Origin: Octopus sinensis
Lineage: Eukaryota
DNA length: 64,000 bases
Reading direction: 5' to 3'
NCBI RefSeq assembly: GCF_006345805.1
Contig: NC_043009.1
Span: 15,314,001-15,378,000, forward strand
Both the position numbers and the translations under genes were made by a program. This document shows, one piece after another, positions 37,122 to 50,030 of the stretch (its first letter is position 1; every line of letters begins with the position of its first letter). The notes under the pieces were generated by a model, which did no database searches, was not told the DNA's origin, and was given only the letters and a program-made list of their open reading frames with translations.

Positions 37122-39124
37122 TGTGTGTGTGTGTTGTGTGTGTTTGTGTGTGTGTGTTTGTGTGTGTGTGTGTTTTCGTGTGTAAGAAAATACATTTACT
37201 CTCAGAAAAGTATGGTACTAAAATAAAATATCGTTTCCATACCTCTTTTAAATCGCACGCCGCTCTATTGAAATTCCTTATACACATGTTTACACTCACT
37301 AGAAAACACCATACATACGTACATACTGACAGATACACACATACGCAGCATAAGCGATGTGTGTACTTTTATTGGGAGTGAGAGAGTCTGGTAAAAACCC
37401 ATATATAGAGAGTAAGTTTACCACGAGAAAAGTGAAAAATTAAAGAGAGAGAAAGCGAGGGGAGAGAAAGGGAATGAGAGAGAGGTGGAGAGAGAGGTGG
37501 AGAGAGAGGTTTTCTATTTCTATCACAAATTTTGAAATTTTGAAGTTATATAAGTAATTTTTCATGCTGAAACCGAGTTACGGGATTCGTTTATTCCAGA
37601 AAAAAATGAGAGCAATGTTACAGATGTTTAAAGTTCGATCATTTGTAGCCAATCACAAAACAGCATTTCTGCTTAATAATTGTCATCAAATGACCATAAT
37701 TGTCAGAAAAGAAGATGAGGTTTTAAACAAAATGAAAGCAACGCGTAAGAAGTAATGCATATACAAATAGAGTGAGTGTCAATGAGTAGAGTAAATATAC
37801 ATACATGGTGGTGAAACATAGAGGCTGGGAGAGTTGTCGATGTAGAAGATATTACTCTGAGAAATCTATGTTTTTTATAATTATTTATAGGGAACCATTA
37901 TTTTGGGATGTAAATTACGAAAATCAAATTTGTTTTTCCAAAGATGCACTTTTCCTGGGCGAAACACACACACATAACCACGTGGCTCAGCGTTTATATA
38001 GTATACACTCTCCCCCATGCACACACACACATGAGATATTGATTAATTGAAGTGCTAAGTATTAGCTTAACAGAAAGTTGTAGTAACGTAGTTTTCGTTG
38101 AATAATAACGCTTCTCACGTTAAAAAAATGTAAAATAATAAACATTGAAATTTTTAAATATGCCTACGTTTTTCTTGTACGTTTGTTTAAATGTAGGAAG
38201 TCAAATATATTATTTTATGTCAATGAAACAAGAAAAATGAGAGCACATCCGAATACTATGCCATAGAAATAGCTTCATACACATATGTTGTGATCGTATG
38301 ATCTCATAGAAAACTACCGATAGAAAAATGAAGCCTTTGAGTATAACGTTTTATATAATTTACGCATGACAGGCAATATTGATGACGAGGATAACGGCAT
38401 TTCTTACATGAAATAATTCTAAAACAAGAATCCACCCGAGAATGATGTAAATGAGTACAACTTTAATTGTAGGAAACGTGAAATTATGTTATAATTACAC
38501 GTTAAATACGAAATATTTTGTTGAGCAAAAAAATCTAACGAAAGCGGCTTTGTCTCTAATTGTTTTTATCCTGTATGCCATTAAACTGGTTATCGAAATC
38601 AATGATTGCATATCCGTTTTGTCTAATTAAATTTAAATGGAACATAATGACGTTTAACTGCATTAATTGCATGTATAATTTTCTGTGATTGTTTTCAAAA
38701 TTATCCATATTCAATTACTTGCGTGTTGTGAAGGTACCTGTTCATGCCAATGTTTCAACAGGAACCACTTCAGTTTAATAATTACCACTTCCATCAAATG
38801 CAAACAATATTCATATTTTTTTCTACGTAAGAAATATATTTAGTAGTAGATCAACCAGTTAGGGTAGAATTATTACCACACACATACCAGAATAAATGGT
38901 AAAATTGTTAGATATAGAATTCCTGTTTAAGATGATGGAATGCATTATTAGTGCGAATTGGCTGCACTTTCTAAGAAAACAACCGTTGACAAAATGGGCT
39001 TGCGTTTTGGTTTCTGAAAGGTGCATTGACAGAAGTGCCATTACTTTGGCCTCGTCACAGTAAATTTGTTCCACAAGATTGTCGAACTCTCCATTTTAAC
39101 AAGAACAAAATTAATATCCCTTTC

Positions 39125-39515
39125 TACTCTAGGCACAAGGACCGAAATTTTGGCGGGAGGGGGCCAGTTGATTAGATCAAACCCAGTACGTAACTGGTAC
39201 TTAATTTATCGGTCCCGAAAGGATGAAAGTCAAAGGCGACCTCGGCGGAATTTGAACTCAGAACGTAAAGACACACGAAATACCTATTTCTTTACTATCC
39301 ACAAGGGGCTAAACACAGAGAGGACAAACAAGGATAGACAAACGGATAAGTCGATTATATCTACCCCAGTGTGTAAGTGGTACCTAATTTATCGACCCCG
39401 AAAAGATGAGAGGCAAAGTGGTCCTCGGCGGAGTTTGAACTCACAACTTAACGGCAGACGAAATACGTCGACGCATTTCGCCCGGCGTGCTAATGTTTCT
39501 GCCAGTTCACCGCTT
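39125..39515 (-). mobile_element. SINE family 2, full-length, with internally duplicated core
   Basis: Minus-strand head GCGGTGAACTGGCAGAAACATTAGCACGCCGGGCGAAATGCG..GAGTTCAAA; two copies of the core; matches 56098..56490 and 63675..64000. Confidence 0.85.
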
Positions 39516-39711
39516 AGAACAAAATTGATATCGCGCTAAATAAAATTTTTTTAAAAACACAAGTAGACTAAATAGTATACATTTGTAAATATTGGGAAAA
39601 GTTCTGGTTTCAATAACGAATGTATTTGAACACATCTAAAATAGAGAAGAACTTCTCTGTTCACAGCTGTGAAGCTACTTGGTTTCAGAATTCTGTCTTT
39701 AATGCTTTTAT

Positions 39712-39850
39712 TCTTTTACTTGTTTTACTCGTAGCACTGCGGCCATACAGAGCACTGCTTTAAAGAGATTTGTCAAACAAATAAACCCCAGTACTGGCGC
39801 TTATCTATCAGTATCTTTTGACGATCCGCAAAGTTACAGGAAGGTAAACC
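39712..39850 (-). mobile_element. Decayed SINE family 1-like 3' tail
   Basis: TTCTTTTACTTGTTT..ACTGCGGCCAT..GAGCACTGCTTT resembles 45900-45960. Confidence 0.55.
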
Positions 39851-40714
39851 CATGATGTCACGCAGGAAAACTAAACCCAAAACCAGATGGATGAAAAGAG
39901 AGTTTCTTAACTTCGTAGCCACGAGATTCTCTCTCTTCCTTTTAGTTGTACAATTACTTTACATATCCATAAGAAATCATCTGTAGCCAATTATAATTAC
40001 TGAATTCAGTTATATATACACTGACATCTGTTTTTCATTTCCATATGTCATAATTTTCACTTCTTGTACATGCTGAGAAACATATGAATATCTTGTCTGT
40101 TTATTTTCCTTCCGTGGCAAACAGTAATTCCATACCAATTTATAAAATAATTTTAATATAATGTGAACAAGATTAGCATGTTGAATACAGAACTCTTAAA
40201 ATTTCCTGATGGAGTAGATTTCTAGTATTTAGCACTCTTAAGCTTTTCTGGAAGCATAATATTGATTGTTTGAAATGTTTAGCTTTCGTACCTGCAGGGA
40301 ACTCAATACAATGGATACGCAAAGCTTTACATATATTTCTTTCGGATTTAATTTTATCACAATAGTGACTAAAATTTTATGTTAGTTTAAGATTCCATTA
40401 AATGCATTTCCCGCCCATGGGTCTTTCAATTCCATTCAATATTGATATTACTTTATATTTCAGCACATTTTCTACTGTAAACATTTCGTGAGACATATAT
40501 TTTCTAAACGTTATCTTCTGGTTATATTTCAGAATTCTATTGTGCAAAAACCTTTCTCTATACTTTAAGTCGACTGTATGAATATGAGTTGAGAATAGCC
40601 TCAGCGAATATCTGTGTGCATTAGTGTGCATCAGCGTAAACATATGTATGTGTGCATTTTATCCGACTGGGATGTATGTATGCGTGTGTGTGTGTGTGTG
40701 TGTGGTGTTTGTGA

Positions 40715-40875
40715 AGGAGTGGCCAAGTGGTTACGGTGAAGCTCTCACAATCGTTAGATATGGGCTAAATTACTGAACCGGGCGGTGCGCTTTGTTCTAC
40801 AGCAAAACACTTCATTTCAAGTTGCTCTACGCGTGGGAGGGTGGCAGAATAGTTGGCACGCTGGCAGAGTTGCTT
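40715..40875 (+). mobile_element. Decayed tRNA-headed SINE
   Basis: GGAGTGGCCAAGTGGTTA (A-box-like) followed by AGCAAAACACTTCATTTCAAGTTGCTC (CORE-like). Confidence 0.4.
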
Positions 40876-42310
40876 TAGGTATTTTTGATTCTAAATTTCC
40901 AGAGAATGAGGTTATATCTAATTTGCATAAGCTAAACTTTTCTTTCAATATTGCTCTGATCGTCAATTTTTGACACCCAAAAATAAATTTGGTATCTATG
41001 GGGATTTACAAATCACAGATTTCGAAACGATCCCCACATAATGTATAGATTCGATGCACTATTCTGCACAATGGAAGGTAAGAAAGCCTTTGGTGTAAGC
41101 TATTTGAATATATTTACAGATTGACCAAACAGAAGAATCGCCAAAATTTCTAATAATAATACAACATTCTGTGTTTACGCGTAGAAACTATTCCTAACTG
41201 GGATTTCTGGGATGTGTGCTCTACTATAACGTCTCGTCCATCAAAAGCTTTTAAGCTTTCGTTGGCTTATCATTTCCAATTAACTCTGAATCGATTAAAA
41301 AATGATCGGTTGAAACAGTAGTTTTTGAGTAGGAATCAATAAAATATCACACGACAAAGATACCGATGCTTTCAAACATTACTGCGTCGAAATATGCAAA
41401 CAACGTATTAGTATATGTTTCAAAATTCATTTGTTACCTCAAGTTCATTGAAAACATTAAAACTCGGATGCAATGTTTCACCATTTTTACAAGATAATGA
41501 CAAACGTTTCATGCGTTAAAATGACATGCGACTGTGATAACAAAGCTCACACGTTACACTAAAAATTTACCTCTCACTTTAGTAGTAGAAATTATGGCAA
41601 TCCTGTTGGAACAACTGTATTACAACGGGAGCATACTGCTATATCTGTATCCAAAAGAAGAATACACTCTAAAAGGAAATGTTTAATATATTTTGTCCTC
41701 ATATATTTATTCAGTATCTCGAAAGATACGAATTAATAAACTATCGCAAGCTACTTATAAAAGAGGTTCTTCACGAATAAAATTTGTGAGAATATATGTC
41801 TCAGCACGCTTAGTAATGTATACAAGCACGTTGATATAAAAGTTCGAGGCAATATCAATATCTTGATCTATTATAAAAACAACCGATCAAACCTAATTAT
41901 CATTTTGACCATAATGACACAAATGATTTTGTATCTCGATACGAAATATATTGAATTATTGATGAAAGTCTCGATGAGATGTCCATTACCAATAAGAAGT
42001 CTGTATCAGCCATGAAGCCTGCTTTCGATATTTTTTAATTTGAATATTTGATCGGCTACAAAAGGCGGGAATAAGTATATAATTTCAGTAAACATCCAAG
42101 AGAATATTTTAAAAAGAACATGGCATTTTTAATACTGTAATCCAAATTTCTCTGAACAGTTTTTTCGAAAATATTGCACAATACAATTTAAGTAGATAAA
42201 GGGCATTGCGTTATGACCCAATGAAGTACCTGGATCAAAGATACTGCTACTAGAAGAAATTGCAATCTACAACAGTTTTGATTGTTAAGCACATCGAGCA
42301 TGTCTGCCAA

Positions 42311-42353
42311 TTTATGAAGTACTTTATGAAGTATTTATGAAGTATTTATGAAG
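42311..42353. repeat. Minisatellite of about 11 bp (TTTATGAAGTA) x4
   Basis: Directly visible. Confidence 0.9.
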
Positions 42354-42484
42354 ACTGTGATGAATGAGGAAAACTTCTCGAATATCCCAACGGATTTTGA
42401 ACAAGTCACCCGTTTCATTTTATCATAAAACTAGCACAGTTACCCAGCGTTACTCGGGGTTAAAATGGCAGAGATTTTTATTGC

Positions 42485-42670
42485 TTTACATGTTTCGTTT
42501 ATGTGACGCCTGACATGCTGCAGCAGCGCCTTTAGTCGAGGAAATGGAACCCAGGATTTATTCTTTGTATGCGTAGTACTTATTCTGTCGGAGTGTTTAG
42601 CCAAATGGCTAAGGTGTGAGGACGGAAACAGAAACATCAGTTGTCAAGCGATGGTAAGGGTACAAACACG
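42485..42670 (-). mobile_element. Decayed SINE family 1 tail half
   Basis: GCCTTTAGTCGAG..TTATTCTTTGTA..AGTACTTATTCT..GTTGTCAAGCGATGGT aligns with 45950-46075. Confidence 0.7.
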
Positions 42671-42704
42671 TACATACGTATAAATATACGTAAAATATAG
42701 ATAC

Positions 42705-42706
42705 AT

Positions 42707-42783
<77 letters not shown>

Positions 42784-42800
42784 TTTATATATATAAACAC

Positions 42801-42831
<31 letters not shown>

Positions 42832-42882
42832 TATACACATGTTTATATATACATGTATGTATATATATACATGCATATAAAT

Positions 42883-42913
<31 letters not shown>

Positions 42914-43015
42914 AACACATATATATAAACACATATATACGTATATATATAATTATATATATATATATATATATCCATATACAAATATATATATATATAT
43001 ATATATAAATTTATA
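42705..43015. repeat. Long degenerate (TA)n/(TACA)n tract
   Basis: Directly visible. Confidence 0.95.
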
Positions 43016-43103
43016 TTTTATTATTACACTATTGTTTGACAGCGCTCTCAAGTCGATTCGATTCGATTCGTTCGCTTCGTTCCGTTCTTATTCTCCCAGT
43101 ACT

Positions 43104-43138
<35 letters not shown>

Positions 43139-43634
43139 TGTACATGCGTACATATATTTATACATATATATATATACACATATATTTTGTTTTGGGATTT
43201 GGTTTGCGAGATTCTTTATGTGATTTCATGTGTTGAATCATATTCTGTTGTGTCTGGGGAGAGTCATAGGTTTGTTCTATGGAAACCTATGAAATTTTAA
43301 AGTATCGAAATAACAACAATCTATTTAATAATCCTCTAGAGTTAGGATCATCTTGCATACATTCCACAACTAGAACATTTAAATACTTTAAATAAAAATT
43401 TGAGTATTCCTATATTTTCAAACTGTAACTTTTTAATATAATAATAATATGACATATACTATACTACCCTTTAATTTACTGTCATAGTCGACTAGAAAAA
43501 GCTTCACTGTAATCTTGAAATTGCAACTTTCCCTAAATCTAATCTAATTTTAAAATTTAACGCTATTCCCCCAGTTATAAAATACGATACCTACTATAAA
43601 TTAAGTGATTATTCTGTTTCCCTTACTCTTTGAA

Positions 43635-44140
43635 AAGAATTTAATGACCTCTCGACACTGATCTAGTTTTCTTCTCACCACATAGAAAAATTGTCTTTTT
43701 GTTCTAGTGACAACCTGAATTTCCTTTATGTATTCTGAATTCCTCCTCTTTCTTCAACTAACTTGAATTTCTTTTACGGTATTCTAAAACCTTCCCTTAC
43801 CCAAATTCCTATAACTAAAAAAATTCTTATAGCAGTCAGTTGCAAGCAGAGTTTTGGTCAGTCAGCATCTGAACAACACAACCTCAGATGTTCCTAAGAA
43901 TTTAATGAACTCTCGACACTGACCTAATTTTCTTGTCACCACATAGAAAAATTGTCTTTTTGTTCTAGTGACAACCTGAATTTCCTTTATGTATTCTGAA
44001 TTCCTCCTCTTTCTACAACTAACTTGAATTCCTTACCTTCCCTTACCCTAATCCATATAACTAAAGAAATTTCTTATAGCACTCAGTTACAAGCAGAGTT
44101 TTGGTCAGTTAGCATCTGAACCACACAACCTCATGTTCCT
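43635..44140. repeat. Tandem duplication, 261-bp and about 245-bp units
   Basis: Units start AAGAATTTAATGA at 43635 and 43896 and both end ATGTTCCT; roughly 90% similar by eye. Confidence 0.92.
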
Positions 44141-44369
44141 AAAATTCATATCTACATCTTTATCTGTATATTTACCTTCCCTAAAATGTTATTACCTGAT
44201 TTGAAAGCTTTTATATTATTGGAAAACCTATATAAATTAGCTGAAGAGTACTCAGCCTCCTAAATCTGCTGTAATATTTACAGCTTTTAATAAAATGTTG
44301 TAGTATGAAACAATTGTACTAAATTACCGGAATCATTCTTGTTGCTTATTTTTGATTATGTATATAAAG

Positions 44370-44412
<43 letters not shown>

Positions 44413-44414
<2 letters not shown>

Positions 44415-44727
44415 CAAAGTAAGAAAATGGAAGAATAGATTTTAATCAATCATCAACTACTAGATAATACCAATTCATATAATTTATTGACTAATTATTT
44501 AGGAACATCCACATCAAACAGAATAATACAAATGGATCTTATCCATTTTATATTTATATGTATTGTTCTTATGGTATTATCTTACTCATTTATGTGTATT
44601 GTTTTGTTCTGTATTATTCTGTTTGATCTGGATGTTCCTAAATAATTAGTTAATAAATTATATGAATTGGTATTATGTAGTAGTTGATGATTGATTAAAC
44701 TCTAGTCCTCCATTTTCTTATTTTGTA
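44413..44727. repeat. Fold-back inverted repeat, 118-bp arms, 79-bp spacer
   Basis: 44413-44530 versus reverse complement of 44610-44727; about 7 mismatches counted by hand. Confidence 0.93.
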
Positions 44728-44897
44728 TTATGAATTTGAGGTAAAACATTTTACCTTCGCCCATATAATACAATAAATGAATTAATTGCATTGCAATTCT
44801 TAGCATTTATGTATTAGCCTTTCTGGGTACTTTACTGGCAGTATATTGGATATAAGTTATCCCATAGTGGGTTACACTCACAACCCCTATCTCATTT

Positions 44898-44938
<41 letters not shown>

Positions 44939-44945
<7 letters not shown>

Positions 44946-45538
44946 AAGTAAGGGCAAAAGAAAAAAATTCTAATGCCAAAATATGCCGAAAATAGACAAC
45001 GTCAATAACCATTATGATTCGTCACTACAAGCACGTGTTTCAAAGAAAGATGACAGAAATTTCTAAAAAATCGCGTTATTACCATATCGGACCCGATTTC
45101 TGAGTTAGTTCATAAGAACCTTCCTTTCCTCTGTGATAAATGTGGTAAAGAATTAAGTGAAATACTTACTTACACCCATGAAAGAAGCAATCACTAAGTC
45201 ATGAGCACAACTAAGTACCCCAAATATATCCAAAATAGAAACTCTCTAGCACACCTCGAGATACGCGCGATTCGAACTGAAAAACTCTCGTAAAGTGAGA
45301 GAGTCCGGAAGTGAACACTATAAATTAATATCTAATGTAGGATAACATTTTTCGAAAAAAAATATATCAATGGTCAGCATATTAAAAAAAATACCTTTAG
45401 AGGTTAAATTTATAAACAATTTATAAGTAAGGGCAAAAGAAAAAAATTCTAATGCCAAAATATGCCGAAAATAGACAACGTCAATAACCATTATAATTCG
45501 TCACTACAAGCACGTGTTTCAAAGAAAGCTGACAGAAA
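44939..45538. repeat. Pair of 121-bp direct repeats, period 479 bp
   Basis: 44939-45059 and 45418-45538; 2 mismatches counted by hand. Confidence 0.93.
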
Positions 45539-45887
45539 CAGAAAAACAGTAACCACCTTATTGGAAGTGAAGAACATAGAAACAGGTAAACAAAATAACT
45601 ATTATTTTCATGACTATTATTAAACGTTACATTTATGACGAGTAATTAAAAAGGCTTTTAAAGATAATATCGTTTGTCAAATCAGACAGTGAACCCCATG
45701 AATAGCTACACTTGCTGACTCTATGACATCAGAATTTATTGAATAAGACGCCTGCTGTGACAAAGGTCAAACTAATGAACTATTGTCATTATTATACACA
45801 CACACGCGCAAACATATATGCACACGCCCCACACACACAAGCTCAGACACATATAGGCATCTCTTATATATATATATATATATATAT

Positions 45888-46114
45888 ATACTCTTTACTC
45901 TTTTGCTCTTTTACTTGTTTCAGTCATTTGACTGCGGCCATGCTGGAGCACTGCCTTTAGTCGAGCAAATCGGGACTTATTCTTTGTAAGCCCAGTACTT
46001 ATTCTATAGGTCTCTTTTGCCGAACCGCTAGGTGTCGGGGACGTAAACACACCAGCATCGGTTGTCAAGCAATGTTAGAGGGACAAACACAGAGACACAA
46101 ACATATACACACGC

Positions 46115-46192
<78 letters not shown>

Positions 46193-46353
46193 CGACAGGC
46201 TTCTTTCAGTTTCCATCTACCAAATCCACTCATAAGGCTTTGGTCGGCCCGAGGCTATAGCAGAAGACACCTGCCCAAGATGCCACGCAGTGGGACTGAA
46301 CCCGGAACCATGTGGTTGGTTAGCAAGCTACTTACCACACAGCCAATTCTGCG

Positions 46354-46356
<3 letters not shown>
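45888..46356 (-). mobile_element. SINE family 1, full-length
   Basis: Minus-strand head AGGCGCAGAATTGGCTGTGTGGTAAGTAGC..GGGTTCAGTCCC, CORE-like ATCTTGGGCAGGT, internal (TA/TG)n, tail ending in AAAAGAGCAAAAGAGTAAAGAG. Confidence 0.88.
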
Positions 46357-46407
<51 letters not shown>

Positions 46408-47698
46408 GTATTTATGTATGTATGTATGTATGTATGAAGGAATATATATATGTATGTATGTATGCATGTACGTATGTATATATGTATGTAAGAATGAAAT
46501 TCGTTTCGTTTCTTTATCACACACTATATGTATAAAATGTACGGCATGACACAGAAATGAAGACAGTTAAAATAATGGGACTATATCTAAAATCAGTTCA
46601 TATTGTGCGCAACGGGACGCAAGCACAAAGAAATAGAACCAGATTAAAATAGAACAAACGTTCTTTAAAATCCGGTCACATACGTGCATCAATAAACGGA
46701 ACGAAAATAAAACAATAATGCACTTGTTAGTGTATATGATGAATACCATTGTGAGTGCTACAACGTACTCGTCATGTAGTAAATGTACCATGAACATCAG
46801 ATGCGGTGTCGTTTGTAAAATTTATTTCCCAACAAATATAACACCAACCTACGGCAGTTAGCTTCAATTATAATTATTGCTGCACAATCACAACCGTTGG
46901 ATCAATGGACATGTGGGGGTCTTTCAAGTACAGTATTCTTCCACATTTCATACAAATCCAACACAAACAACGTGTATAAGACTTACTACTTGACAAGTAA
47001 CTAAGAATGAAAAGGAAGAATTTCCGAATACTGCTGCGAGCGGATGTAAGATCAAAATTGTTAATCGAAGCATAAAAGACTGACAGAGTATAGACGCAGA
47101 AGACATCGAAGAAAATAAATCACGAGACACAAAAATAGAAAAGCCTCCACAATCCAATAACAATGTCACAAGTTAAAACATATAGCAAACATTTTCCATT
47201 AGTTATATTACAGAAAGAAATACAAAAAAAACGCATCGCACATACATTAGCCCTCTAATAAAATAAAAGTGCAAGTAGTACTCATAAAATGGTAAATATA
47301 TATAACTATTTACATAAAAACCAAATCTGCAGAAAGAGAAAAGTAAGCACATCGCACTTTTAATACAATAAAAGCGCAGCAGTACTCCTAGAATATGGAA
47401 ATAGATGCAGCTATTTTCATAAAAGCAAATGCAAACAAATGAAATATAATAACTCTAACGTAAAATGTCGATGACATCTTTGTGGATAGGAATACCCTGT
47501 CAGAAATTTATGAAATCAATCTCTTCAATATAAAAAAGAATATAAAGATATCACACTTATTTAACTATAAACAGATTCATATGATGCAAAGTTCCTACCC
47601 AGCAAACAAGTAACCTAATAGTTCTATTAATAACCTGATGAAAGTTTTCGGAAGAGAATGGAAGCCGAATAGTAGAGAGAATGATATAAATCATTTAA

Positions 47699-50030
47699 CC
47701 CTCTCTCTACCAATGGTTCCAATGGACCGATTTCAGTTTTTTCAGTTCCTTTTTCCTACTGTTTATATTATTTGATTCCGCTGATTTTTCATGACACTTA
47801 TTTTTTCTTGACTCTCTTTTATTTCTCAAATGGGAAAGTTTCCACATGTTTATAAAAGCTATAAAATTTCACTTTATACATTATTTACCGTATGGGTCCA
47901 TCGGACCCTCAAATTAAATTCAGACAATACTCTTATCATTCTAAACAGAATAAAAGCAGTATCATATATTATTTTTCCTAGATATTTATCAGATACAAAA
48001 TAGATCAAATTGTATTCAATATATTTGCTCAATTTCAGAAAAAATAAGATAAGTTATTAAAATATTGCTGTAAATTTGTGAGGAATCGCATCACCTTCAA
48101 TCTGCTAGGTTATAGGGTGATGCAATATTTCTATGTGCTGACACAATTCTTACAATAAATTGCATCCTCTTTCAGGAGAGTATAAATATGTGAGAGAGCA
48201 CATATATCTTCTGTCTGCTATCAAATTTCAAAACAAAATATCGAAAGATTTATTGGAATTAGATGAAGAATGGGAAGAGGATAGTAGTGATTCCTTCTAT
48301 TGCTCTGAAGATGATGGTGAAAGTGATTGGGCGCTGGACAGTTTAGGTTCTGTGTCATCAGATGATGACGATACACAAAAGCAAATATCTGCAAGCCACC
48401 TAATTATGAATGTGTAATATGTTTCTAATCACCTTACTTGCAATAGCATTGAAACGTTTTACTATCTTCATGCGCCAGAATCTTCTTGAAGTAATTTGAG
48501 ATGGACAAATGTTGAAGGTCAGGTTGGTTACAAAAGTAAATTGAAGGAAATTGATCACTTTGAACTAAAGAAATTTATTGGACTGATTATTCTTATAGGT
48601 ATTTATAAATCTAAACATGGAAAGTGTCACACAGTTATAGAGTCAAGAAGACGGCCACCCAATATTCAACAAAATATTGAGCCGGGGAAGATTTCAACAG
48701 TTTTTACAAGTAGTGTTTTGATGATGCTAGTGCAAGAAGAATAAATAGAAGTAATGATAAATTGGCCATAAGAGAAGTATTTGAAATGAGGAATCATAAT
48801 TTAAAAGATGAATATGTTCCAAGTTCATGCATGATAGTTGATGAATAATAAGTTTCATTCAGAGAGCGCGTACATATTCCTTCAAAACCAGGGAAATGTG
48901 GAATTAAAATTTGGGCAATATACGACAGTGAAATATCTTATGCCTGGTAAGTGCAAATCTACACTGCAAAAAACTCAGTAAAAGGGAGAGAAACGAATTA
49001 AGTTTCAAGAGTTTTTGAAGACCTAGTAAAAGAACTTTAAAATATTGGTTGCAATATAACTTGGGATAATTTTTTTACAAGTCTAGGATTGGATCAGAAA
49101 TCGCTCAGCAGGAAAACCCCTTTAGTTGGAAAAATTCGAAAGAACAGAGTTGAACTTCCAAGTGCTTTCATAAATGGAAAAGAAAGAGAAATCAACAGCA
49201 CAATATTTTGATTTCGAAATGCTTCTATGATCCTATCTTATTGTCCCAAGAAAAATTATGTAGTCCCAATTAATAGTAAAATGCACTCTTAACCTTCAAT
49301 TAATTCCAAAAGTACTGAAAAGAAACCTGAAGTTATTACATGTTACAACAAAACCAAAGTAGGATTAGATACCCTAGATAAATTGGTAAGGGCATACACT
49401 TGCAAAAGAATGACTCGAAGATGGCCTATGGTTATATTATACAACATTATTGATATAAGTGCAATGAATGCTCTCTTTGTGGCTAAACATCTTCACTTGC
49501 ACAGTTTCAAGGATAAAAGAAGACAGAGCCTAATTCAGTTAGGAAAGGAACTTGCTGGAGTTAATGCTAAACAAGGACATGACGAACAATCTTCTATTTC
49601 CGCTAAAGTTTCTCGACAAAACAAGAAAAGAAGACGATATTCAACCTCATTTGAGATTTCTCAGCCAAAGAAAAATGGATGATGCTCTTTGCGTGTTCCC
49701 CCACCCCACCAAAGGAAAACTCGTATTGCCTGTATGTATTGTAATAGCCATGTTTGACAAGAATATTCCAATGTTGTCTGCATTCACTGCCATGAAAAGC
49801 TGTAATTCTGTATGCTTGTAATTGTTTTAAATTTATAATATATTCTTTAAGCTGAATTCTTTTTCTATTGAAATTTGTGAGAAAGAGTAATTCTGCATTC
49901 ACCTGATAGCATATACAATGTAGCTAAGAAACAGTGGTAGTTTGAATAAAATTTAATTAAAAGAAAAATAATGGGTCCATTGGACCAAGGTGGTAATTAC
50001 TGTCATACATTTTCTCTGGCAGACCAAGGG
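47699..50030 (+). mobile_element. piggyBac-type DNA transposon, full-length (2332 bp), transposase pseudogenised
   Basis: TTAA at 47695-47698 and 50031-50034; ends CCCT.../...AGGG; acidic N-terminus, ELKKFIGL, IVDE (about 48835), PSKPGKCGIKIW, DNFFTS (about 49070), GLDTLD..V..YTCKR.TRRWPM (49360-49430), Cys-rich tail; many stops and frameshifts. Confidence 0.9.

Noticed and set aside
47625-47670. CTGATGAAAG...GCCGAATAG hammerhead-like string
   Set aside because: GAAA is broken and no stems pair.
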